Shown: positions 15,001 through 26,739 of the stretch, piece after piece
Position numbering within the stretch: position 1 is the stretch's first letter
Layout of the letters: the number at the start of each line of letters is the position of its first letter
Assembly (NCBI RefSeq): GCF_963921235.1
Contig: NC_086097.1
Location: 66,218,001-66,282,000 of the forward strand
Length of the DNA stretch: 64,000 nucleotides
DNA from: Mobula hypostoma
Taxonomy: Eukaryota
Direction: 5' to 3'
The notes under the pieces: model-generated
The model's input: the letters and a program-made list of their open reading frames with translations, nothing else
Database searches by the model: none
Told to the model about the DNA's origin: nothing
Made by a program: the position numbers and the translations under genes

Positions 15001-18000
15001 CGAGGCTGGAGGCTGGATACTAGAGGATTGGCGAGGTTGGAGACTAGAGGATTGGCGAGGCTGGTGTTGCGAGACGAGTCGAGGCTGGAGACGCAAGGCG
15101 AGGCTGGAGACTAGGGGCAGGGCGAGGCGAGGCTGGCGGGTGGAGACTCGGGACAAGGCGAGGCTGGAGGCTGGAGACTAGCGGCGAGGCGAGGCTGGAG
15201 GCTGGTGACTAGGGGCGAAGCGAGGCTGGAGGCTGGAGACTAGCGGCGAGGCAAGGCTGGAGGCTGGCGACTGGGGGCGAAGCGAGTCTGGAGGCTAGTG
15301 ACTATGGGCGAAGCGAGGCTGGAGGCTGGAGACTAGAGGCGGGGCGAGTCTGGAGGCTGGAAACTAGAGGCGGGGTGAGGCTGGAGGCTGGAGACTAGAG
15401 GTGGGGCTGGAGACTGGAGACGTCAGGCGAGGCTGGAGACTAGAGGAGAGACGAGGCTGGAGACGCGAGGCAAGGCGAGAGTGGAGGTTGGAGACTGGTG
15501 GCGAGGCGAGGCTGGAGACTAGTGGCAAGGCGAGGCTGGAGACTAGGGGTGGAGTGAGGTTGGAGGCTGGAGACTAGTGGTGGAGTGAGGCTGGAGGCTG
15601 GAGACTATTGGCGAGGCAAAACTGGAGGCTGGTGATTAGGGGCGAAGCGAAGCTGGAGGCTGTAGACTGGTGGCGAGGCTGGAGGCTGGAGACTAGGGGC
15701 GAGGCGAGGCTAGAGTCTGGAGACTAGGGGCGAGGCGAGGCTGGAGGCTGGAGACTAGGGGCGAGGCGAGGCTGGAGGCTGGAGACTAGGGGCGAGGCGA
15801 GGCTGGAGGCTGGAGACTAGGGGCGAGGCGAGGCTGGAGGCTGGAGACTAGGGGCGAGGCGAGGCTGGAGGCTGGAGACTAGGGGCGAGGCGAGGCTGGA
15901 GTCTGGAGACTAGGGGCGAGGCGAGGCTGGAGGCTGGAGACTAGGGGCGAGGCGAGGCTCGTGGCTGGAGACTAGGGGCGAGGCGAGGCTCGTGGATGGA
16001 GACTAGAGGCGAAGCGAGGCTGGAGGCCGGAGACTGGGGGTGAGGCGAGGCTGGAGGCTGGAGGCTGGAGACCAGAGGCGACGCGAGGCTGGAGGCTGGA
16101 GTTTAGAAGCAAGGCTGGAGGCTGGAGACCTGGGACGGGACGGGGCGAGGCTGGAGGCTGGAGACTTGAGGCGAGGCGAGGCTGGAGTCTGGTGACTGGA
16201 GGCAGTGCGAGCCTGGAGACTGGAAGCGAGGCGAGGCTGTAGACTAGAGACGAGGCGAGGCTGGAGACTAGAGACTAGAGGATTGGCGACGCTGGTGATG
16301 CGAGACGAGTCGAGGCTGGAGAATAGGGGCAGGGCAAGGCGAGGCTGGAGGGTGGAGACGAGGGACGAGGCGAGGCTGGAGGCTGGAGACTAGAGGCGGG
16401 GCGAGGCTGGAGACGCGAGACGAGTCGAGGCGAGAGTGGAGGCTGGAGACTAGTGGCGAGGCGAGGCTGGAGACTGGAGGCGAGGCGAGGCGAGGCTGGA
16501 GACTAGGGGTGAGGCGAGGCTAGAGGCTGGAGACTAGGGGCGAGGCGAGGCTGGAGGCTGGAGACTAGGGGCGAGGCGAGGCTGGAGACTGGAGACTTGG
16601 GGCGAGGCGAGGCTGGAGGCTGGATACTAGGGGCGAGGCGAGGCTGGAGGCTGGAGACTAGGGGCGAGGCGAGGCTGGAGGCTGGAGTCTAGGGGCGAGG
16701 CGAGGCTGGAGGCTGGAGGCTGGAGACCAGAGGCGACGCGAGGCTGGAGGCTGGAGACTAGAAGCAAGGCTGGAGGCTGGAGACCAGATGCGAGGCGAGG
16801 CTGGAGGCTGGAGACCCGGGGCGGCGCGAGGCTGGAGGCTGGAGACTAGAGGCGAGGCGAGGCTGGAGGCTGGAGACTTGAGGCGAGGCGAGGCTGGAGG
16901 CTGGAGACTGGAGGCGAGGAGAGGCTGGAGTCTGGTGACTGGAGGCAGGGCGAGCCTGGAGACTAGAAGCGAGGCGAGGCTGTAGACTGGAGACGAGGCG
17001 AGGCTGGAGACTAGAGACTAGAGGATTGGCGACGCTGGTGATGCGAGACGAGTCGAGGCTGGAGAATAGGGGCAGGGCAAGGCGAGGCTGGAGGGTGGAG
17101 ACGAGGGACGAGGCGAGGCTGGAGGCTGGAGACTAGAGGCGGTGTGAGGCTGGAGACTAGAGACTGGAGACGCGAGGCGAGGCTGGAGACTAGAGGAGAG
17201 GCGAGGCTGGAGACGCGAGACGAGTCGAGGCGAGAGTGGAGGCTGGAGACTAGTGGCGAGGCGAGGCTGGAGACTGGAGGTGAGCCGAGGCGAGGCTGGA
17301 GACTAGGGGTGGCGTGAGGCTGGAGGCTGGAGACTAGTGGCGAAGCAAAGCTGGAGGCTGTAGACTCGTGGCGAGGTTGGAGGCTAGGGGCGAGGCTGGA
17401 GGCTGGAGACTAGGGGCGAGGCGAGGCTGGAAGCTGGAGACTAGGGGCGAGGCGAGGCTGGAGGCTGGAGACTAGGGGCGAGGCGAGGCTGGAGGCTGGA
17501 GACTAGGGGCGAGGCGAGGCTGGAGGCTGGAGACTAGGGGCGAGGCGAGGCGCGGCTGGAGACTAGATGCGAGGCTGGAGGCTCGAGACCAGAGGTGAGG
17601 CTGGAGGCTCGAGACCAGAGGCGAGGCTGGAGACTTGGGGCGAGGCGAGGCTGTAGGCTAGAGGCGAGGCAAGGCTGGAGACGCGAGGCGAGGCTGGAGG
17701 CTGGAGATTAGGGGTGGGCGAGGCTGGAGACTAGGGGCGGGGCGAGGCTGGGGACTAGGGGCGGGGCGAGGCTGGAGGCTTGGAGACCAGCGGCGAGGTG
17801 AGGCGAGGCTGGAGGCTGGAGACTAGGGGCGAAGCTGGAGGCTGGAGATTTGAGGCTAGGTGAGGCTGGAGACTTGAGGCGAGGCGAGGCTGGAGGCTGG
17901 AGACTAGAGGCGAGGCGAGGCTGGAGATGCGAGACGAGTCGAGGCTGGAGACACGAGACGAGGCGAGAGTGGAGGCTGGAGACTAGTGGCGAGGCGAGGC

Positions 18001-18990
18001 TGGAGACTAGAGGCGAGGCAACGCTGGAGACTGGAGGCGAGGCAACGCTGGAGACTGGAGGCGAGGCTGGAGAGTCGGGGTGAGGTGAGGCGAGGCTGGA
18101 GGCTGGAGACTAGAGGCGAGGCTGGAGACTAGGGGCGGGGTGAGGTGAGGCTGGAGGCTGGAGACTATGGGCGGGGTGAGGCTGGAGACTAGGGGCGGGG
18201 CGAGGCTGGAGGCTGGAGACCAGGGGCGGGGCGAGGCGAGGCTGGAGACTAGGGGCGAGGCCGGAGGCTGCAGACTAGAGGCGAGGTGAGGCTGGTGGCT
18301 GGAGACTAGAGGCGAGGCGAGGCTGGAGACTAGAGGCGAGGCGAGGCTGGAGGCTGGAGACTAGAAGCGAGGCGAGCTGGAGATGCGAGACGAGTCGAGG
18401 CTGGAGACGCGAGGCGAGGCGAGAGTGGAGGCTGGAGACTAGTGGCGATGCGAGGCTGGAGTCTAGAGGCGAGGCTGGAGACTAGGGCCGGGGTGAGGCG
18501 AGGCTGGAGGCTGGAGACTAGGGGCGAGGCAAGGCTGGAGGCTGGAGACTAGAGGCGAGGCTGTAGGCTGGAGACTAGAGGCGAGGCGAGGCGAGGCTGG
18601 TGCCTTGAGGAGAGCTAAGGCGAGGCTGGAGACTAGAGGAGAGGCGAGGCTGGAGACTAGAGGAGAGACGAGGCTCGAGGAAGGAGGCGAGGCTGGAGGC
18701 TGGAGGCAGCAGACTTGACGCGAGGCTGGAGGCTGGAGGAAGGAGACTTGAAGCGAGTCTGGAGGCTGGAGGCAGGAGACTGGAGGCAGGAGACTTGAGG
18801 CGAGGCTGGAGGCTGTAGGCAGACTTGAGGCGAGGCTGGAGGCAGGAGACTTGAGGCGAGGCTGGAAGCTTGAAGCTGGAGGCTGGAGATTTGAGGCTGG
18901 AGGCAGGAGACTTGAGACGAGGCTTGACAGGAGGCAGGAGACTTGAGACGAGGCTTGACAGGAGGCAGGAGACTTGAGACTTGAGGTGAG
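1..18990. repeat. G-rich satellite array, 31-bp consensus GAGGCTGGAGGCTGGAGACTAGGGGCGAGGC, with higher-order organisation; runs off the left edge
   Basis: Directly visible. Near-pure monomer tracts lie at ~3005-3515, ~6735-7145, ~10085-10635, ~12980-13358 and ~15680-15990, separated by recurring variant blocks. The monomer is 17G/6A/5C/3T. Confidence 0.98.
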
Positions 18991-19534
18991 GCTTGTCTCC
19001 ACCTGGGGAGGGCGTGGATCACCACCCAACAGAGGCAAGGGACAGGAAGGGACAGAACCAACTCCAGGTAACGGCAAGACAGCCTGGCTTACCTAGGCGG
19101 AGGCAAGGGACAGGAAGGGACAGAACCAACCCCAGGTAACGGCAAGACAGCCTGGCTTAGCTGGGCAGAGGCAAGGGACAGGAAAGGAGCTAGGTACAGG
19201 GTGGCTCCAGGACCAGACAGCAAGACAAGTCAGGGCTTCTGGCAAAGCAAGGCGAGACAGAACTTCAGGTGAGGCAAGAGTTACCAGCAAGACAAGGCAG
19301 GGTTTCAGGCGAGGAAACAGAAGGCAGGGGAAGGGATACAAGGAGTAAGGACAAGAACCATCTAGCAACCACACCCTGGTCTCTGGAGGTATTTATGCAG
19401 CCAGCCCCAACGAGCATCAGCTGCCTCAATTAGCTCAACAAGGACAGAAACAGGGTAGATAGGAAAACCTGGAGCAAGGGTCGATGGACCGGACCATGAA
19501 CCAGAATACGGACTTCACGGACCGGACTAGGACA
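18990..19534 (-). mobile_element. 5' part (U3/R) of a Gypsy-like LTR whose downstream portion merges into the satellite
   Basis: The minus strand starts TGTCCTAGTCCGGTCC at 19534 (TG terminus). It has CAGCTG at 19418-19423, a TATA-like ATAAATA at 19390-19396 and then a pyrimidine-rich repeated tract, as in fish Gypsy LTRs. The other terminus is outside the window. Confidence 0.7.
19032..19183. repeat. 68-bp tandem repeat (~2.2 copies) inside the LTR
   Basis: GAGGCAAGGGACAGGAA starts at 19032, 19100 and 19168. Confidence 0.9.
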
Positions 19535-19659
19535 CATGCACACTGCTTCCTCATCGTCGTTTGTTCATTGCCTGGGTCTGATGTCGTTATGTCCATCTGA
19601 CTGGGGTGCTCATCCTCCCCACCTCTCGGTCACCCCTGGGGAGTTATATGGGATGCAGG

Positions 19660-19732
19660 GTTTGAGGGTTGGCACAACATTGTGGGCCAAAGGGCCTGTA
19701 CTGTGCTGTACTATGTTCTATGTTCTATGTTA
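19660..19732 (+). mobile_element. CR1 LINE 3' tail
   Basis: GGGCCAAAGGGCCTGTACTGTGCTGTA followed by a (CTATGTT)n tail. Confidence 0.75.
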
Positions 19733-19974
19733 ATAAATTAGTTCTAAATCTGTCCCATCTGAGATCAAATCTAAGATCCTTGGGTACTGCATGGGTCAGC
19801 TGGTTGTTTTATCCTTATTCTATAATAGGGTTTAATAACATGCAGGTCCTGTACCCTACAGTTTATATGGAATGATCACATTACAGAAAGTTTTGAAGCC
19901 AACCACACCAATGCCAACACCATCTCATTATTATAACACCTCATAATTACAGCACCTCCTGTAATGTGATCAGT

Positions 19975-20110
19975 CTGCTGGAATTCTTTGAGGAAATAAC
20001 AGGCAGGACTGATAAGGGAGTGTCAGTGGATGTTGGTCACTTGGGTTTTCAGAAGACCTTTGACAAGGATAAGACTACTAAGCATGATATTACAGGAAAG
20101 ATACTAGCAG
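19975..20110 (+). mobile_element. CR1 RT fragment
   Basis: Encodes an LEFFEEITGR...VDV...FQKTFDK-like RT motif. Confidence 0.7.
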
Positions 20111-20709
20111 GGCCAAATATGGGCTGGGGGAAAGATTGGTAGGTGAGGAAGAGGGAAGTGAAAATGATGTGAGGAGTAGGTGGAGGTGGCAAAGAGCTGA
20201 AAAAGATAGTATTTGATAGTATCTGTGGACTAAGGAATAACGGGAAGGAGGTGTTGAACCAGACAGAAGCTCATAAGAACATAGTATCGTGAGTTGTTCT
20301 TCATGTGGTCTCTTACAAAAGGGGTATTAAGTTACGCCATTCATAGCTATCTTACATATTTAGGAAACTTACAAACATTATTAATAGACTTTTATAAAAT
20401 TGCACTGTGGTATAGATCCCAGAGGAGAAATGTAAGTCTGTTAATTCAACAGATCCTTTTCATTTCTGAAGGATGCAATAAAAAACCAAAAGGAATCCTT
20501 GGGATATGTTATTATTTCATATCAATAATGTTATATATTGCACAAATATGATGAAGAAAGTGAAGGTTATTGCCAATGTACTAAACTTAGTTTAGTCAGT
20601 TAGGACAATGACATTGGCAGTACAAGAATGATGCACATAAATACTACTATTTAAATTGGTTTTGACAAGATTAAACCTATTTATTTTAAGTAATTTAAAT
20701 TTCAGTTAT

Positions 20710-21820
20710 TTTAGTAAAGTGCTTGACAAGGTTCTCCATGGTAGGTTCATTTAGAAAGTCAGGAGGCATGGGATCCAGAGAAACCTGGGTGCATGGATTC
20801 AGAATTGGCTTGCCCTTCAGGAGGCAGAGGGTGGTAGCAGATGGAGCATATTTTGCCTGCAGGTCGGCAACCAATGGTGTTCCATAGGGACCTATTCTGG
20901 AACACCCACTCTTCAGGTTAGTGTGCAGATAACATGAAGGTTGGTAGTGTTGTGGATATTGTAGAAGGTTGTCATAAGTTACAGTGAGATGCTGATAAGA
21001 TGCAGTGTTGGGCTAGGAAGTGGTAGATAGAGTTCATTCCAGAAAAAAAGTGTGAAATTATACACTTTGAAAAGTTGAATTTGAAGACTGAGTTCAAGGT
21101 TAATGGCAGGATACTTAGCAGTGTGGAGGAACAAAGGGATCTTGGGGTCTACATCCATCAATCAGTCTGTCACTGCAGAGGTTGATAAGGTGATTAAGCA
21201 GTGGTTGTGCTGACCTTTATCAGTCAGTGGATCGAATTGAAGAGCTGCAAGGTAATGTTATAACTTTATAAACTCTGGTCAGACCACTCTTGAAATATAG
21301 TGTTCAGTTCCAGTTGCTTCATTATAGGAAGAATGAGAAAGCTTTAGAGAGGGTGCAGAGGAGATGCTGCCTGTATTGGAGAGCATGTCTTATGAGGAGA
21401 GGTTGAGCGAGCTAGGGCTTTTCTCTTTGGAGTGAAGGAGAATGAGAGGTACGCAAGATGATAAGAGGCATGGATCGAGTGTACTGCCAGAAGCTTTTTC
21501 CCAGTGTGGAAATGGCTAATATGAGAGGTCATGTTTTAAAGTGATTGGATGAAAGCACAGAGAGATATCAGGTGCAGGATTTTTACACAGAGCATGGTAC
21601 TATAGGTGTGTGGAATGTGATGCCGGGGTGGTGACAGAGGCAGATACATTAGGTACATTTAAAAGACTCTTAGATAATCACATGAATGAAAGAAAAATGG
21701 GGGGCTATGTGAGAGGGAAGGGTTAGAGGGCAGTGTGGGATTGATTTTACGGTGGCTTAAAATTCAGCACATCATGGGCCGAAGGGCCTGTACCCTTCTA
21801 TATTCTATTTCAATGTTCTA
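20710..21820 (+). mobile_element. 5'-truncated degenerate CR1 LINE (RT C-terminus and 3' UTR)
   Basis: FSKVLDKVLHGR motif, degenerate RT C-terminus and a GGGCCGAAGGGCCTG 3' end. Confidence 0.85.
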
Positions 21821-22625
21821 AATCACAAATGTATATTTTGGTAGGCTTTATACAGATATAAGATTAAAATTAAACTATATTTCTTTGTGCACATGAACAC
21901 AAATTTACTACTTTGCAAATTGTTCTATATGCTATGCCTCAATGAATTATTTTATAAAGAACATTTATATTTTTATATGAACTAGGGTATAGAACATAGA
22001 ATAGAGAATAGTATTACACAGGAACAGGCTCTTTGACCCACAGTGTTGTTTTATTCAGATGCCCTGCCAGTAAAATATCCGTATCAATTAATAGAAATAA
22101 TCACAATTTCATGCACCTTTCAGAATTTTGATTGATTTTCTGACAAGTAACAGAAAACAATGAAAAGATACCACAAGGTTAATGTGTTAAAAATAGATTC
22201 CAAGACACTTCCATACTTAACAACCAAGAAGTCTTTTTTTTTGTATTGATGAAAGTATTAATATTAATTCGGTTTGTATCGTGCCCATATAACATCTTAC
22301 ATACCACATGCAAAATTTGACTTGGAATGAGGAGTGGATAGACCATTGATAGTATCCCATCTACTATCCATACCTATTTATAGTGTTTGTGTTAAATATA
22401 AACCGACTTGTTCTAAATATCGATTTTTGCCGCTACTGTATTTCCACCCTCTATCGTTCTGTTTTCCATGCACACTCTTATTTTCGTTGTAGTACCAAAA
22501 CCACCAGCTACTTGTACAATTAGAACATTGAGACAATCCACAATCTATAGAAACGTTACATTCCATTTCTTGAGAGAAAAATATCCGCTTCTGCAATGGA
22601 GTAAATTGACATTTTTGTCTCATAG

Positions 22626-22693
22626 AACGATACTGGCCAACTCAAGATGGAAGCCAGCCTAGCGGAAGAAAAGGATTGTAAATATTCTTCCAG
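22626..22693 (+). other. Candidate small exon (ATG at 22647, MEASLAEEKDCKYSS)
   Basis: Acceptor TTTTTGTCTCATAG, Kozak-like AAGATGG and a strong donor CAG/GTGAGC in repeat-free DNA. No homology recognised. Confidence 0.3.
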
Positions 22694-23659
22694 GTGAGCT
22701 GGCGACTTTCTGCATATTTAGGGTGACTTCGTGGTGACAGGAAAGATTTGGGCTTTTATACATATTTTCACCTGTTGAAAATGCAATTTACATTACCGGC
22801 ATGCGTTGCCGCGATAAACCCGTTGCTGCATCTTTGCTGAAAAATATCGCAGATCCACCCACGTTTTATTTTCGGAGCCGAAGTACTTGAGGATTTTTAG
22901 AGTGTATCATCGCTTGGGAAATCAAATACTGAGTTTTCATTGCTTGGCGAACACGATCAAGCGTTGCATGTTGATTTAGGGAGTATTCTTTGTACCCATT
23001 TCATATACTATTTGACCCTTATTAAAGTGACGTTGACATTTTCTTCAGTTTTAAGACAAATTGTTCCAGGTTAATCTCCAATTAAGTATAAAACAATATG
23101 CAAGATATTGTGGTTTAAATGTCATCGGCTCTATTTATGACGAAAGTCTCTGGAACAAGGTGACAGTGTGCGAGCTGAGGTACAAGTTCTCCCTTCAACT
23201 TTTAACGCAGATTTCAGTGCACTTAAAACCGTGGAAAGTTAAACGATATAATGATGAACGCTGACACCTTTATTTTCATTGCAAATCTATGGGATTTGAA
23301 TGGAAGGGTCTATAGAACGGAAGAAGCGAGCAGTTTATGGCTGTTTGTGGTACTGTACTTTGCCGTTTGTTCGGGGCCAGCTGCTGTAAGAGGTGACCTG
23401 AAAGCAGGCAGGAACAGGTACGTGCACTGGGAAAAGAACACAGATAAAGGCAACTGCCATTTGAGGCTTTAAATGCCAAAGCAGTCAACATGGTGATGTT
23501 GATGGAGAAGCCAGGTGTCATTGCACGACTGACGGTTCACTGACTACGAAGCGATTCTTTGTCACAAGGGGGGCCGTACTGAACCTGATGTTGGGTAATG
23601 AGCCTGGACAGATTTCTGACCTTACAGAGGAGAATAATAAGGAAATAATAGAAAGGAAG

Positions 23660-24050
23660 GTGGGAGAATTCAGAATAAAAAGGTAGGGGAGGGTGAAGGC
23701 AGATGTTTGGGAAGGAATGATACACGAAGCAAGGTGGGAGAGGCAAAGGGTTGAAGGAAGAATCTGATAGGGGAGGACAATAGACCATGACACAAAGTGA
23801 AGGAGGTGGGAACCAGAAGGAAGTGATGGGCAGATCATCAGGGCAGGGGAGGAGAAGGGAAGGACTGAGAGGTCAGCAGAATGAGGGGAAACAAAGGGGG
23901 GGGGGCAGGAAGGAAAACAGGAGGGCGAGGCTTCCAGAAATCAGAGAAATTAATGTTGATACCAAGTTGAGACCAGATGCAGGATGGAGGAGGAGGCCAG
24001 ATGCTGCTTGGATGAGCAACACCTCATATTCCCTCTTGGTAGTCTTCTTG
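23660..24050. mobile_element. Penelope-like element 3' remnant, partly inverted
   Basis: Purine-rich tract ending in a minus-strand GININ-like C-terminus (~23960), plus a plus-strand EQHLIFPLGS motif (~24014-24043). Confidence 0.5.
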
Positions 24051-24572
24051 GTAGTCTTGGTAGGATTCTTGGTATCCTGAATGATAGGTTCAAGAATTTT
24101 CTTGACTACAGACATTAAGCTAACTACCATTTGCCCACATCCTTTCTTAAACAATGGCATCATATTCATTGTTTTTCATTCTGCCAGGACCTGCTCAGAG
24201 TCCATGAAATTTTGTTCACATCATAAATGCATCTTTTATAACTGATTTCAGTGCATCCCATCAGGACCAGGAACTTGTCCGTGTTTAAGCCCACTAGTTT
24301 TCTCTTAGCCACCTCTTTAATGACAGCGATTAAATTGAGGTCCTCATCTTCCATCACACCCATTACATCTCAGTTGGTATATTAGATGTATCCTCCCTGT
24401 GAAGAGTGACACAAAATTATTGTTCAATTCCTCCTTTTCATCTTCCAAAGGACCTATATTCATTTTAGCCTCCCTTTTTGGCATTATTTAGTCATAAAAG
24501 CTTTAACTAACTGTTTTAATATTTTGTGCTGGTTTATTTTCATAAATCTAGCTTCCCTTTCCTTATTGCTTG

Positions 24573-25121
24573 TGTAACTCTCGCTTTGGCTAGTGACTTA
24601 ATATAGGGGATGATAGCCCCCGGCCCGGCCAAACTTAAGAAATCTTGTTTGGGTGGACGCTGCATGATGTGTCCCCTGTTACAAATCAGTACCCCGAAAT
24701 AACAAACAGTACACAATATGCGATTAAACGATTGAGCTTTATCACTCTTACTTTGACTATATGGTTAGTAAAGAAAACAAAAAAAAGAGAAAGGGCCCAT
24801 TCTCATGAAACACAATGTTGGAGTTCACTGATAAGCCGGTTGTCCACCACCGACCTTCTCCGATCTTCGCTGCCCTTCGGACCCTCACTCCAAGTTCACC
24901 CCATCCGGCGATCTACCAACTCTCTCCATTCGCGTCTTCTCTCCTCATCTCTCCCCAGCAAAAGACCGCGAAAATCTCTCTTCCAGACTCACAAGAAAGA
25001 ACAACATTTTTCTCATTGGATAGCCCCAGTATTCCAAACCCCATTATCTCTAGTCATAACCCAAATATTGCTGCTACAGAGAAACCATTACATTAGCAGT
25101 GAAACCTTACAGCATGTTACA
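24573..25121. mobile_element. Solo LTR (549 bp)
   Basis: Termini are TGTAAC...GTTACA. Flanks CTTG/TTTG give a 4-bp TSD with one mismatch. The host CR1 resumes on both sides. Confidence 0.8.
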
Positions 25122-25572
25122 TTTGCTTAGTGATTCTTTATTACTTTTTAATGATTTCCTAATCTTCCTGTTTCCCATAACTCTAGGCAATTTTGTGTAC
25201 ATGAACATTTAGTTTTGATGCCTTCCATATTTCTTCAATTATCTAAGGCTGGCTTTTCCTTACCCTTACTGTCTTTGCTTTTAACTGAAATATACTTCTG
25301 TTGAGCAAGCTGAAAAACTTCTTTAAAAGTCTTCCACTGTTCCTCAACTGTCCCACCATATAGAGTAGGCAGTGTTCCAAGTCTATGCCAGCCAACTCCT
25401 CCCTCATCCTGTATTGGTCTGCCTTGTTTAGGCATAATATACTGGTTTTAGATCAAAATATTGGACCCTATTTTTATATGAAAAGCTCAGTCCTACTGTG
25501 ATCACTCTTTCCAAGATCATTGATTTTACCTGTCTCATTGCACAGGGCCAGATCTAAGATAGCATTTTCCCT

Positions 25573-25689
25573 AGCAACACAAAATGGTGGAGGAACTGAG
25601 TAGGACAAGCAGCATCTATGGAATTAAATAAACAATCAACGTTTTGGGCTGAGATCCTTCATCATTTTAGCTTTTCTCCTTCACGCATT
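25573..25689 (-). mobile_element. Penelope-derived terminal-repeat fragment with a degenerate hammerhead motif
   Basis: Homologous to the arms at 33680-33918. Flanked by TAGCATTTTCCCT (25560-25572) and TAGCTTTTTCCCT (25690-25702). Confidence 0.7.
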
Positions 25690-26739
25690 TAGCTTTTTCC
25701 CTTGTAGGTTCATGAACGTGCTGTTCAAGAAAGCTTGAGGCATTCTACAAAGTCCTCCTCATGTCTGCTTTGACTAACTTGATTCACCCAATTTAGGTGC
25801 AAATTAATGTCCTCCATGAGAAATGTTGTTCCATTCTTACATGCATCAGATATTTCATGATTTATTTGCTGTGCCACAATAATGTTATCAATTGGTGACC
25901 TATAGACAACTCCCACCAGTGATTCCCATCCCCATGCCATATTAATTTAAACCTCCCAACAGCACTAGCAAACAATCCTCCTAGGACATTGATGCTGGTC
26001 CTGTCCAGGTGTAGACTGTCCAGTTTGTACTACTGGTCCCTCTTCCCCATGCCTGTCCCTATCTGATGTGTCCTGGAGCTTGGGGTATCCAGTTTCAATA
26101 AAGCAGATGGCTATTACAGATCCTGGAGCCCAACTTTTCCTGCATGTGGACACCTCCATGGCAACATTAATAGATCTAGGCCAGCTGATGCTCTTGTCTG
26201 GGGGAGATGGCAATAGTCCTGTGATGTGCAGATTGGCTTTTCACTTTCAGGATGACAGCAACTTGTCACTCCAGCATTATCTTCACAGTTGCTTCTCAAC
26301 TGGGTAGCGATCCCAGATGGTGGGAGCAGCTTTATAACTGAAGACTTGCATGTCTCACTGTAATATCCACAATGTCTAACATAGTCTTCAAACCACAGCC
26401 TTGAATCTGATCCCCACTTCTAGAGCAAAAGGGGAATGGAGAAAATTCCTTAAACAGTGAGTATGTGCACTAGAGAGGTGCAAACTAAGATATGCATCAC
26501 ATTTATCAACTATCACTACCTGGTATGAATCAAGTCTACAGACTATAGTGATCTTCAATTCCACTGGCAGTGTAATGCAAGTATGCTGAGTTATGGCTAT
26601 AGAAGGAGATATCAACTTGAAAGACTTGAAAGTCTTTGCTGATAGATTCTTGCTCCTTGGATTAGTTGAGGTATCATTGCTTTCAGAAGACATGGAGGTC
26701 AGCATTCCTGGAAACAGTCCTTTTTTTTGCTCTTCTCCA

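Larger units (their letters stand above)
24076..26050 (-). mobile_element. Degenerate CR1 LINE (ORF1 end, APE endonuclease, RT start), interrupted by an LTR and a Penelope-derived insert
   Basis: Minus-strand ORFs contain VGVVYRSP, TVEEQWKTFKEVF and PLFKKG...KILE motifs. Confidence 0.85.

Noticed and set aside
1..18990. CRISPR array, immunoglobulin switch region or Chi-site array
   Set aside because: There are no unique spacers and no cas genes, and the context is eukaryotic. The dominant unit is GAGGCTG rather than the AGCT-type switch motif, with no Ig exons nearby. The resemblance of GCTGGAGG to bacterial Chi has no functional support.
87..19077. Dozens of R/G/W/E-rich and S/P/L-rich ORFs in the satellite
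   Set aside because: They are translations of the repeat. The consensus monomer contains TAG, and its 31-bp length cycles that stop through all three + frames.
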